Shown piece after piece: positions 24,739 to 33,049 of a stretch of 34,160 nt of DNA. The DNA is taken from NCBI GenBank assembly GCA_049298935.1, contig JBAQWN010000031.1, positions 1-34,160 on the forward strand. Direction: 5' to 3'. The position numbers and the translations under genes were made by a program. Origin of the DNA: Minisyncoccia bacterium (lineage in GTDB: Bacteria > Patescibacteriota > Minisyncoccia > Phycocordibacterales > Phycocordibacteraceae). Under the pieces are notes generated by a model that saw only the letters and a list, made by a program, of their open reading frames with translations, did no database searches and was not told the DNA's origin. Positions within the stretch are counted from its first letter, which is position 1; each line of letters opens with the position of its first letter.

Positions 24739-25032
24739 TTATCGTAACGCCGTCACACTTCTTGCTGGCACAAATATCTTTGCGAGAGGTGCCCTATAGC
24801 CACTCGCGTGATAGTCCAAAGTCTCAATGCTCGCCACATTCTTAAGGTATTGCGACTCGAGTACCGCGACCGCCGCTTCGTCATTTTTAACCGATTGAGA
24901 AAACTCGACTGTCAGAGCCGCATAACTCATCACAACGGCAATGAGGCCGATATAGGTAATTATCAAAACACCAATAGCACCTGAAAACAGCGACACGACA
25001 GAAAATGGGAGGTGAGGGCGTATGTTATGCAT
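24739..25032 (-). CDS. FtsL-like small bitopic division protein (assigned by position)
   Basis: 97 aa from ATG 25032 (8-nt overlap with the rsmH stop). One TM helix (FSGAIGVLIITYIGLIAVVMSYAAL) plus a short periplasmic segment, in the rsmH-ftsI slot. No sequence motif supports the call. Confidence 0.4.
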   Translation of the reverse strand: MHNIRPHLPFSVVSLFSGAIGVLIITYIGLIAVVMSYAALTVEFSQSVKNDEAAVAVLESQYLKNVASIETLDYHASGYRAPLAKIFVPARSVTALR

Positions 25033-25978
25033 AAGAAAAATGTGACTTAAGTGCATTCGCCTGCTCACCTTGAGCGACGATCGTACTGCGCTCGAACACA
25101 CGAAGCTTCGCACTTCGTGCGCGTCGATTTACCAAGATTTCTGCACGAGAAGGCACAATTGGCTTCTTTGATAACACTGTTCCGAGTTCGGCCTGTGCCG
25201 CGTCACGCAATACATTCTTCACGATGCGATCCTCGATACTATGAAATGAAATGACGGCGAGATGCCCGCCCGGAGCGAGCGCGCTGAGCGCCGCCGCGAG
25301 CCCTTCTCGCAAGCTCCCCACCTCATCATTGACCGCAATGCGAAGAGCTTGAAAAGTCTTAGTCGCCGGATGAATCTTGCGCTCGTGATACCAGACAGGA
25401 GTGCCAGCCTTAATCGCCTCAACCAGCGCACCAGTCGTGAGAATCCGCCCATTGGCACGGGTAGCAACAATCGCACGCGCGATGCCACGCGCAAACCGCT
25501 CTTCACCATACGTGAAGATGATATTCGAGATATCCTCCTCAGTCGCGCTATTCACAATGTCAGCCGCCGTCTCACCACCTTCGCCATAGGTCATCAGGAG
25601 TGGCTCATCATTTTGAAATGAGAAACCGCGCGGTGCGGCGATCTGATACCCGCTCCAACCAAGATCAAGAAGTATTTTGTCGACATGCCCAATGCCGAGC
25701 CGTTCAAGGACGCGCGCGAGATTACGAAAATTGTCATTAACGAGGTGCGCGACCGGGCGATCTTGCCGGCGATCAAGAGCATATGCCGCACGAGCCCTCT
25801 CAACCGCCGCAGGGTCAGCATCGATACCAACAATCACGCCGCCCTCTCTGAGGGCGGCGAGCATCTGCGTGAAGTGTCCTGCTCCCCCAAGTGTCGCGTC
25901 TACGACCGTGTCACTCGACTTTACTGAAAGTGCCTCGAGCACTTCATTCATCAAGACGCTGTCGTGACGTGCTTCCAT
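25025..25978 (-). CDS. rsmH: 16S rRNA (cytosine1402-N4)-methyltransferase
   Basis: Start at ATG 25978 (MEARHDSVLMNEVLEAL..VDATLGGAGH). DLGWSGYQ and SFHSIEDRIVK are RsmH/MraW signatures. Confidence 0.93.
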   Translation of the reverse strand: MEARHDSVLMNEVLEALSVKSSDTVVDATLGGAGHFTQMLAALREGGVIVGIDADPAAVERARAAYALDRRQDRPVAHLVNDNFRNLARVLERLGIGHVDKILLDLGWSGYQIAAPRGFSFQNDEPLLMTYGEGGETAADIVNSATEEDISNIIFTYGEERFARGIARAIVATRANGRILTTGALVEAIKAGTPVWYHERKIHPATKTFQALRIAVNDEVGSLREGLAAALSALAPGGHLAVISFHSIEDRIVKNVLRDAAQAELGTVLSKKPIVPSRAEILVNRRARSAKLRVFERSTIVAQGEQANALKSHFSYA

Positions 25979-25979
25979 A

Positions 25980-26420
25980 TTACTTTTTGTTGCCCCCACT
26001 CGTATCGAGTGTCTCGGCAAAAGCATCGGCATCACGCTCAATGCCAGCGGTATATTTCTTCCACGCGCTTTCTTCCCAAATCTCGACCCGATCAGCAACA
26101 CCTGCAATGATCGCCATCTCTTTAATCGAGGCAAATGATTTCAAATGTTCAGGGATCAACACGCGACCCGAACGATCGACTTCAGCTTCAGAAGAGCCCG
26201 AGAGAAAGAGTCGCGCGAGCCCGCGACGCGCCGCACTCCCATTGACCTCAGCAGCATAGGCTCGCGCTTCCTTCTCCCACGCTTTGCGCGAATACACATT
26301 CAGACAATGATCAAGGCCGCGCGTCACCACGACCACGCGACCTAAATCTTTACGGAATTTCGACGGAATCGAAATCCTGTTTTTAGAATCAAAAATGTGT
26401 AGATATTCTCCGAGGAACAT
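25980..26420 (-). CDS. mraZ: transcriptional regulator MraZ
   Basis: Start at ATG 26420 (MFLGEY..). Two DxxxR SpoVT/AbrB-like repeats (DSKNRISIP and DRSGRVLIP). Confidence 0.93.
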   Translation of the reverse strand: MFLGEYLHIFDSKNRISIPSKFRKDLGRVVVVTRGLDHCLNVYSRKAWEKEARAYAAEVNGSAARRGLARLFLSGSSEAEVDRSGRVLIPEHLKSFASIKEMAIIAGVADRVEIWEESAWKKYTAGIERDADAFAETLDTSGGNKK

Positions 26421-26454
26421 AAGGTAAGGTGGTCGCGCGATAGAGGGGCAGGCA

Positions 26455-26519
26455 ACCACTCCCATCCCCCACTCTGCTGACCGTTGTTGGATTATATCCC
26501 ACTCTTCCCCACTCACCTA
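26455..26519 (-). promoter_or_regulatory. mraZ promoter with TGGGN (MraZ-box-like) direct repeats
   Basis: The minus strand reads AGTGGGG-aagag-TGGGA-TATAAT. The TGGGN boxes are at 26511-26507 and 26501-26497 (10-bp period, 5-nt spacer), and the second abuts the -10 TATAAT (26496-26491). Further TGGGG/TGGGA/TGGTT boxes lie at 26473-26455. Confidence 0.55.
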
Positions 26520-26525
26520 TTTACG

Positions 26526-26534
26526 TTATCCACA
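26526..26534 (+). promoter_or_regulatory. perfect DnaA-box consensus TTATCCACA
   Basis: Exact 9-mer in the lysK/mraZ intergenic region, just upstream of the mraZ -35 area. Confidence 0.5.
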
Positions 26535-26540
26535 CATACC

Positions 26541-26573
26541 GAAACAGGCGCGGCCGAAGGCCGCGCCTGTTTC
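26541..26573 (-). terminator. 15-bp perfect hairpin after lysK (terminator-like, no U-tract)
   Basis: GAAACAGGCGCGGCC-gaa-GGCCGCGCCTGTTTC. On the transcribed (minus) strand the apex reads C(UUCG)G. It starts 13 nt after the lysK stop. Confidence 0.55.
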
Positions 26574-26585
26574 GCAAAACACTGA

Positions 26586-28154
26586 TTATTTCACCGCTTC
26601 GTGCAGACGGGCGATGACGAAGTCGCGCGGGAGACCGGCGAGGAACCAGCCAGCCTTAGGGCCTGAGTCGCGGTTAAGGAAGATGCGATAGATTGCTTGG
26701 AAGAGTTCTTTGGGGCTGATGGAGACACTGGTTTTCATCTCATGTAGAAGTGCATGAATGTCTTCACCCGAGCGCTCGTCGCTTTGCATAAAATCGCAGA
26801 GAGCGCCAAGTGCCTTTTTTTGAATATCTGAAAGTTCAACGTCCGGCATTTCTTCTTGCAATACATATTTAAATTCTTCAGGTGCATAGGTCGCGAGCCA
26901 AAACTTCGCATACCGCGCGCGCTCTTTGAGCGCGCGCGCCTCATCTTCAGTGAGTTGACCCCCCTTCACGCGCCCAGCTTCTTCTTCAAGTGAGAGGTGC
27001 GCCATTTGCACGACAAACGCCACCTCACGAAACCGCATCTGCCAGAGAGCAGTAAGACCCGCACGGTCAGCGGGAAGCTCGCAAAGGGCGTAGAGTCGCG
27101 TATGATCGTCAGCCGCGCCTGAACGCACCTCCTCAGCGAGCTCGTCATACCAGTCGTAGAGGCGCGGCACCGACTCGCCTGCTGGATCAACGTCGATCTG
27201 CTCGCGAATATCCTTTCCGATAAGCGTGAGACGGAACAATTGCGGCGGGAAAAGATCGCACATGTCCTTTGCACTACTCCCGCGACCTTTTGACGATGAC
27301 ATCTTCTTCCCGCCGACCAGAAAAAATTCATAGGGAATATCAAATGGCGGCTTTGTGTTAAAGATCTCCTGACATATATGCTTCGCAACATCGCGCGAAC
27401 CGCCCTTGGTCGAATGGTCTTTGCCGCCTCCCTCAATATCAACGCCCAGCGCGACCCACTTCGCTGCCCAATCTACTTTCCAAAAAAGTTTTGTCTTTCC
27501 TCCCCACGGCGCGACGCGCCCCGAGTGTCCACAACTCTTCGCCTCATCTGGATTCTTGTCACACGAATACCCAATCGTCTCGCCGTCATAGTCATAGGCG
27601 CGCGTCGTCATAATCTTGCCACACTGCTCACACACGACTGATACCGGGAGCCAGGACTCGTCTTTTACTGACCCAGACACTTCTTTCAAGATGCGACGCA
27701 CGTCGCTTGCGCGCTCAAGAGCAATCTTGATGAAAGAATCCATCTTGCCTGATTGGTAGAGCTCAGTTGCACGATAATAATTCGGAATAAAGCCCGCCTT
27801 TGTATGTACACCAACGAATTCAGCACCAAAATATTCCGCATAATTTTTGAAACCAGCTTCTGGACTCGGCACTAAATAAAGAGGTTTCCCTAGATGCTCA
27901 CGAAAAATCTCAGCATCAAGATATCCCGGTATCGAATCGAAGGGATCGAAGTCGTTCAGCTCGTAACGATATTCATTTGCGATACCATATTCAGAGAGAA
28001 TCTCAGATATGAGACCATGCGCCGCTACACCGCGCATACTGCCGACGTGTACACGGCCTGAAAGTGTCTTCTCATCACGAATAAGGAAAGTCTTCCCGTC
28101 GCGGGGCGTGCAGGTATCTCGTATTTCACTCGCTATGCGATCAGCCCATAACAT
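26586..28154 (-). CDS. lysK: class I (archaeal-type) lysyl-tRNA synthetase
   Basis: MLWADRIASEI.. N-terminus, HIGH-like SGRVHVGSMRG and KMSKS-like KMSSSKG. Length and layout match class I LysRS rather than the class II LysS. Confidence 0.9.
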   Translation of the reverse strand: MLWADRIASEIRDTCTPRDGKTFLIRDEKTLSGRVHVGSMRGVAAHGLISEILSEYGIANEYRYELNDFDPFDSIPGYLDAEIFREHLGKPLYLVPSPEAGFKNYAEYFGAEFVGVHTKAGFIPNYYRATELYQSGKMDSFIKIALERASDVRRILKEVSGSVKDESWLPVSVVCEQCGKIMTTRAYDYDGETIGYSCDKNPDEAKSCGHSGRVAPWGGKTKLFWKVDWAAKWVALGVDIEGGGKDHSTKGGSRDVAKHICQEIFNTKPPFDIPYEFFLVGGKKMSSSKGRGSSAKDMCDLFPPQLFRLTLIGKDIREQIDVDPAGESVPRLYDWYDELAEEVRSGAADDHTRLYALCELPADRAGLTALWQMRFREVAFVVQMAHLSLEEEAGRVKGGQLTEDEARALKERARYAKFWLATYAPEEFKYVLQEEMPDVELSDIQKKALGALCDFMQSDERSGEDIHALLHEMKTSVSISPKELFQAIYRIFLNRDSGPKAGWFLAGLPRDFVIARLHEAVK

Positions 28155-28231
28155 AGACGTATCGTATCATGAACGCCCGAGCACTGTTGCTGTGGCACCA
28201 GACAGGACAAGAATATGAGCTACTATATGAC

Positions 28232-28240
28232 TTATCCACA
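28232..28240 (+). promoter_or_regulatory. perfect DnaA-box consensus TTATCCACA
   Basis: Exact 9-mer, same orientation as 26526-26534, in the divergent lysK/orphan-gene intergenic region. Confidence 0.5.
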
Positions 28241-28248
28241 GGTACCCC

Positions 28249-28276
28249 TTGCTTTTATTTGGTTTAGGTGTATTAT
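28249..28276 (+). promoter_or_regulatory. sigma70-like promoter for the orphan gene at 28329
   Basis: TTGCTT (28249-28254), 16-nt spacer, TATTAT (28271-28276). GGGAGGAGG SD (28314-28322) lies 6 nt before the ATG. Confidence 0.55.
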
Positions 28277-28328
28277 ACGAAAGGGTGTTCTTTACTTATA
28301 GACATAACTTAATTGGGAGGAGGTGAGA

Positions 28329-28688
28329 ATGAGAACCGTCTTGAAATCGAGGGACTTTAAAATCGCCGCCGTAACAACGTTCATTACGACGATAACCCTG
28401 TCCATCGCAATCCTTGATTGGCGTTTGCCAAATGAGCAATTGCACCAGCTATCGCTATTTCTATGGATGATGACTATCGCAACATGGCTATTTGTAACGG
28501 CTTCAATAGTCGTTAAGCACGCTTCGGCACTTAACGAAGTGACTGAACAGATTGCTGACTACTTCTACTACACACCGACCGAAGCGAGTCTGGTACCAAC
28601 AAAACCAACCATCCGAGAGACGGTAAAATCAACACCGAAACAAATCGCTGAAGTCAGCAAGAAAAATCCAGCAAGAAGACATAGATAA
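28329..28688 (+). CDS. hypothetical small membrane protein (orphan)
   Basis: ATG at 28329 after a strong SD. Two hydrophobic helices, then a polar/basic tail (..KQIAEVSKKNPARRHR). AGA/AGG-rich codon usage. No family recognised. Confidence 0.6.
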   Translation: MRTVLKSRDFKIAAVTTFITTITLSIAILDWRLPNEQLHQLSLFLWMMTIATWLFVTASIVVKHASALNEVTEQIADYFYYTPTEASLVPTKPTIRETVKSTPKQIAEVSKKNPARRHR

Positions 28689-28705
28689 AGTCAGAAGAGA
28701 TGCTC

Positions 28706-28733
28706 CCGGCGGCCACATGGTCGCCGGTTTTTT
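28706..28733 (+). terminator. intrinsic terminator after the orphan gene, in the convergent gap with greA
   Basis: CCGGCGGCC-acat-GGTCGCCGG (9 bp including one G-U pair) followed by TTTTTT. The T-run ends 2 nt before the greA stop codon. Confidence 0.75.
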
Positions 28734-28735
28734 AT

Positions 28736-29209
28736 TTACGCCACCTTTTCTATTGTGTAGGTCTGCTTGCCTGAGGGAGTGTCGAAGGTGAAAGTGTCCC
28801 CTTTCTTCTTACCCATGAGCGCATTGCCGAGTGGTGAGACGTGCGAAAGCTTCTTTACGCGCATGTCGGCCTCTTCACTCCCGACGATCGTGTATTCATG
28901 CATCTCGGCACTCGCCTCTTTTTTTATAGAAACTTTTGAGCCAAAGCTTATCTCGCTCTTTCTCTTCCCGTCCGTGATAATTTTAGTATTCTTAACGAGA
29001 TCCTCGAGCTTCTTGATACGTTCCTCCGTTGCGGCCTGCAAATCGCGCGCCTCCTGATATTCAGCGTTCTCAGAGAGATCGCCTAGCGAACGAGCGTATT
29101 CAAGGTTCTTCGCAATTTCAGTACGACGTACCGTCTTCAAGTGTTCGAGCTCTTTTATCATCTCATCAAATTTTTCTTGCGAAACGACAACGTCTTGTGT
29201 ATCAGTCAT
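28736..29209 (-). CDS. greA: transcription elongation factor GreA
   Basis: N-terminal coiled coil with the acidic tip (GDLSENAEY) and a C-terminal globular domain (VSPLGNALMGKKKGD). Confidence 0.93.
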   Translation of the reverse strand: MTDTQDVVVSQEKFDEMIKELEHLKTVRRTEIAKNLEYARSLGDLSENAEYQEARDLQAATEERIKKLEDLVKNTKIITDGKRKSEISFGSKVSIKKEASAEMHEYTIVGSEEADMRVKKLSHVSPLGNALMGKKKGDTFTFDTPSGKQTYTIEKVA

Positions 29210-29250
29210 AAATATTTATTGGCTAGTGAGTGCATTGTACGCGAGCACTG

Positions 29251-30942
29251 CTAGAGCGCAATAGACGTCGTAGTAGTGCCTCCAACATAGGGAGAATGTT
29301 CGACATAGAGTGAGTCAAAAAGCTCTCGCATAACGTTCACTGATTGTTCCCCCATTCCTTCGGGACCGCGCTCGAGCACAACGATAAAAGCATAGCGAGG
29401 ATGCTCATAGGGAAAGAATCCCTCAACCCACGAATTGTCATATTGATTGTGCGTACCCGTCTGTGCCGTACCAGTCTTTGCCGCGACACTGACATACGGG
29501 AGATCGAGTTCTCTCGCGAGAGCTCCTGTAACACTGGCGCGCATACCCTCGCGCACTACAGAAAATGCTGAAGCATCGACAGGCACCCACGTAAACGCGG
29601 GTGCCTGTCCCTTGATGAGGGTCGGGGTGAGGAGTTTTCCCCCATTTGCGACTGCCGCCGTCGCACGAACTGCCTGTATCGGCGTCACCAGCATCGAGTA
29701 CTGCCCAATCGCAGTAAAATAAGTGTCACCAAGATACCAAGGTTCACCCAAGACCGACTCTTTCCACGATGGAGTTGGAATAAGGCCATCCGCTTCTCCG
29801 GGCAAGTCGATGGCGGTCGTACTACCAAAACCAAATTGGCGATACCAGTAATCAAGGCGATCGATACCGAGACCTTTCTGGGCTTTGAACCCACCACCAA
29901 CGGTATAAAAGAAAACGTCTGACGACCAGGCAATGGCCTTTCGCACATCGACAGCACCAAGCGCTTTCCACCCCTTATACACATAAACCTTTCCAGGATG
30001 ATACGGATCTGGCAACGAGATAAATCCTGGATCATCGATAATCGTGTTCGGTGTAATAATTCCGTCAGTAAGAGCTCCGAGCGAAATAAACGGCTTCACG
30101 ATTGACCCTGGAGTATAGACTCCTTGCACGACATGATCAAGAAAAGGATGTCCGCGGTCAGTGTAGTATGCTGAAATAGTGCTCGCAGGACCGCCATTCG
30201 ACATAACATTTGAGTCATAGGTCGGATATGAGACAAGTGCGTGTATCGCGCCCGTCTGCACATCCATAATGACGCCAGCGCCCGCGATAAACCCCTTACT
30301 GTCCACGACGTCAGATATTGCACGAGCAAAGAGCCGCTCAAGATTTGCGTCAATAGATATAGCGAGTGTCTTCCCTTCTTCTGCGGGAACAACCGTACCT
30401 TCAGATCGAATTTTCCCCTTCACGTCAGCCTCTGTGAGACTCTGTCCATTCTTCCCCGTAAGCGAGCTATTATAGCGAGCCTCAAGCCCCGTGACCCCCT
30501 TCTCAATCGTCTCATAATAAATTCCTTTTGAATCTTTCTTTGGGTACGAAACATAGCCGATGATATGACTAAGTGCAGGCATCGAGTATTGACGCTTCAC
30601 ACTTCCGTCAGGTGTCTGAATATTTTCAGCAAGTACCACACCATTGCGATCGGTGATCGTTCCGCGCGGCGCAAAAATGGTTGTTATAGTAAGACTGTTA
30701 TTAGCACTCTCCGCCGCATAGGCAGCTCCGTTTTTTATCTCAATATTCCACGCACGGACAACGAACGTAATAAAGAGAATTGAGAGTCCTGTCGCAAGCA
30801 AAAAGAATGATGAATTCGGAAGAGGCTTCTCGATTCGCCCCTCAAAGCGTTGCCTGTCGAAACCGGGAGCATTTGAAGCGTCAAGAAATATCTCATCCGG
30901 CGCAATCTCAAAATCATTCTTCCTTCTGCTTCTCCACTTCAT
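29251..30942 (-). CDS. mrdA: class B penicillin-binding protein 2 (elongasome transpeptidase)
   Basis: SxxK (GSIVKP), SxD (WSSDVF) and KTGTAQ. Immediately downstream of mreBCD. Confidence 0.85.
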   Translation of the reverse strand: MKWRSRRKNDFEIAPDEIFLDASNAPGFDRQRFEGRIEKPLPNSSFFLLATGLSILFITFVVRAWNIEIKNGAAYAAESANNSLTITTIFAPRGTITDRNGVVLAENIQTPDGSVKRQYSMPALSHIIGYVSYPKKDSKGIYYETIEKGVTGLEARYNSSLTGKNGQSLTEADVKGKIRSEGTVVPAEEGKTLAISIDANLERLFARAISDVVDSKGFIAGAGVIMDVQTGAIHALVSYPTYDSNVMSNGGPASTISAYYTDRGHPFLDHVVQGVYTPGSIVKPFISLGALTDGIITPNTIIDDPGFISLPDPYHPGKVYVYKGWKALGAVDVRKAIAWSSDVFFYTVGGGFKAQKGLGIDRLDYWYRQFGFGSTTAIDLPGEADGLIPTPSWKESVLGEPWYLGDTYFTAIGQYSMLVTPIQAVRATAAVANGGKLLTPTLIKGQAPAFTWVPVDASAFSVVREGMRASVTGALARELDLPYVSVAAKTGTAQTGTHNQYDNSWVEGFFPYEHPRYAFIVVLERGPEGMGEQSVNVMRELFDSLYVEHSPYVGGTTTTSIAL

Positions 30943-31193
30943 CCTTCAATAATACTCGCCTTTAGTCTACTGCGCACGAAGACGATAGCAATGGTCACCG
31001 CAGCTCCCGAGAGGGTAAAAAACGGAAGGGCTGTTTCGTGAGGTGTGTAATAGAGAGTGTCGGCAAATAGGCCAATGGCAAATGCCACAATAGGTTCAAA
31101 AAGAGACATGCCGAGCGCAAGACATGCGGTGAGCGGCCAGGGGAAAAATATGACCGAGAGAAATGCTACGAAGGTAATCGCTAGACGCATCAT
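30939..31193 (-). CDS. mreD: MreD-like rod-shape membrane protein (assigned by position)
   Basis: 84 aa, three hydrophobic helices. The ATG at 31193 overlaps the mreC stop (ATGA) and the stop overlaps the mrdA start (ATGA). Assignment rests on the mreC-mrdA synteny slot only. Confidence 0.45.
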   Translation of the reverse strand: MMRLAITFVAFLSVIFFPWPLTACLALGMSLFEPIVAFAIGLFADTLYYTPHETALPFFTLSGAAVTIAIVFVRSRLKASIIEG

Positions 31194-32023
31194 AACCCAC
31201 GTGTTGATGTCGCAAACGCCACCGGGACAATACCCGTCGCGCGCAAAGTAACCCACGCTATCGAAAACGGATTGGATGCTGGCATGATACGCAAAATAAC
31301 TCCTGGAGAGAGCGGAGAGGTGTCAACGCGCACGACACTCCCGATCGGGAGTTGCCCCGGACCAGGAACAAAAACAATATCTCCTACGACGACATTAGCG
31401 GAACGTTCAACAGAAGATTGCAAGACGCCCGCGCCCGCGCCCGTGATAGTGAGTGGCACATTCCTCTTCCCAACCCAACCGCCAGTCACCGCACCCGGAG
31501 CAGAAAAAAGAGTCACTCGTGAAAAATCGTGGAGAACCGCTGAGACAATACCAATAGGGACGCCACCGTCCCCAAATGCTTCCATGCCAAGCAAGACACC
31601 CTGCGCTTCTCCTGCAGCAATGGTCAGTGTGTCATATGGGCTCATGGGCGGACGAGCGACGACACCAGCGAGAATGCCCGAGATATCTTTCTGGGGGTCC
31701 GAAACACCGAGAAGTGCAGAGACATTTTCAATCTTACGTTGGAGAGCCTGATTCTCACTCGCAAGTGCAATATTTTTTGCCGTCAGTTTTTCATTCTCTA
31801 GCGCAACTTTCTCAGCATCACTAAATCCAGTAAAGAAAGAATGGCTCTCAGAAGTGATTGTGTCTGATATTCGAAATACCGGAGTGAAAACATACCAAAA
31901 GAAGTTTGGAGCGAGTACTCGCACAAGGAGCGCAAGAAGAGGAAACGCAAGGGCATACACACCCCACGAGACACCTCGGTTTAATAACAGCGCATTACGC
32001 CTCGCTAAGAATGTCTTCTTCAT
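31190..32023 (-). CDS. mreC: rod shape-determining protein MreC
   Basis: N-terminal anchor, coiled-coil (LENEKLTAKNIALASENQALQRKIE), then a Gly/Val-rich beta domain (..GGVPIGIV.., GDIVFV..G..P.G..VG). Confidence 0.85.
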   Translation of the reverse strand: MKKTFLARRNALLLNRGVSWGVYALAFPLLALLVRVLAPNFFWYVFTPVFRISDTITSESHSFFTGFSDAEKVALENEKLTAKNIALASENQALQRKIENVSALLGVSDPQKDISGILAGVVARPPMSPYDTLTIAAGEAQGVLLGMEAFGDGGVPIGIVSAVLHDFSRVTLFSAPGAVTGGWVGKRNVPLTITGAGAGVLQSSVERSANVVVGDIVFVPGPGQLPIGSVVRVDTSPLSPGVILRIMPASNPFSIAWVTLRATGIVPVAFATSTRGL

Positions 32024-33047
32024 CGATGAAAAAATCTACGTAGGGCTCAGGATTCTCGGTCACGATACCCGCACCGCGCACGACCGCTGTGAGCGGGTCT
32101 TGCGCGACCATCACCGGCACACCCAGCATCTTCGCCAGCATCTGTGGCAACCCGCGCAAGAGCGCCCCACCGCCAAACACTGTCACACCGCGCTCAAGCA
32201 CGTCAGAGAGAAGCTCAGGCGGGGTTGCCTCGATAACTTCTTTCATAGCATCCATAAGCGCGTCGAGTGACGGCGTAATAGCTTCACGGATGTGATGGTC
32301 AGAGAGTAATATTTCACGTGGAAGTCCTGTCGCAAAGTCGCGTCCGCGCACGTGATAGGAGAGCGTTTCTGCGAGCGGTGTCACTGAGCCAATATTTATT
32401 TTAATATCTTCAGCGGTCCGCTCCCCGATACCCAGTTTGAAATCACTCCGCACATAATCAATGATGTTTTCATTAAAGCGATCGCCAGCAACATGTGTAC
32501 TCTTTGACGCGACGACGCCCTTGAGCGCGATGACGGCGATGTCGGTCGTACCGCCACCAATGTCGAGCACCATCGTCCCGACCGCTTCAGAGATCGGCAG
32601 TTTTGCCCCAATAGCTCCGGCGACAACCTCTTCAAGAATAAGAGCCTCGCGAGCGCCAGCATTTCGCGCTACATCGCGCACCGCACGACTCTGCACATTA
32701 GTCACGCCAGTCGGCACACCGATCACGACCCGCGGACCGAAGAGCCGATTGCGCCCGTTCTGCGCTTTGTTGATAAAATATGCCAACAGCTCTTCGGTCA
32801 CTTCAAAGTCTGAAATAACGCCGTGCAACAGGGGGCGCACAACGCGAATGTGCGCCGGCGTCTTGCCAAGCATTGCCTTCGCCTCCTTCCCCACCGCGAC
32901 GACCTGATTCGTCTTGTCATTGACCGCGACAACCGACGGCTCGTTGATCACTACACCCTTGCCGCGCACATACACGAGAGTGTTCGCCGTACCAAGATCG
33001 ATCGCAATATCGTTACTGAAAAATACGCTCTTTGAGAATCGCGCCAT
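31995..33047 (-). CDS. mreB: rod shape-determining actin homolog MreB
   Basis: IAIDLGTANTLVY, VIGVPTGVT, VLDIGGGTTDIAVI and VFGGGALLRGL are canonical MreB motifs. Confidence 0.97.
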   Translation of the reverse strand: MARFSKSVFFSNDIAIDLGTANTLVYVRGKGVVINEPSVVAVNDKTNQVVAVGKEAKAMLGKTPAHIRVVRPLLHGVISDFEVTEELLAYFINKAQNGRNRLFGPRVVIGVPTGVTNVQSRAVRDVARNAGAREALILEEVVAGAIGAKLPISEAVGTMVLDIGGGTTDIAVIALKGVVASKSTHVAGDRFNENIIDYVRSDFKLGIGERTAEDIKINIGSVTPLAETLSYHVRGRDFATGLPREILLSDHHIREAITPSLDALMDAMKEVIEATPPELLSDVLERGVTVFGGGALLRGLPQMLAKMLGVPVMVAQDPLTAVVRGAGIVTENPEPYVDFFIDEEDILSEA

Positions 33048-33049
33048 AC

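Noticed and set aside
26966-27442. 158-aa ORF antisense to lysK; similar antisense ORFs at 22822-23289, 10738-11103 and 12010-12324
   Set aside because: All lie fully inside well-supported conserved genes on the other strand and encode Arg/Ser-rich sequences with no recognisable domains.
26526-28240. The two DnaA boxes as evidence for a replication origin (oriC)
   Set aside because: There are only two boxes, 1.7 kb apart. No AT-rich unwinding element or box cluster is present, and no dnaA or dnaN gene is nearby. Regulatory boxes or coincidence are more plausible, so they are reported only as boxes.
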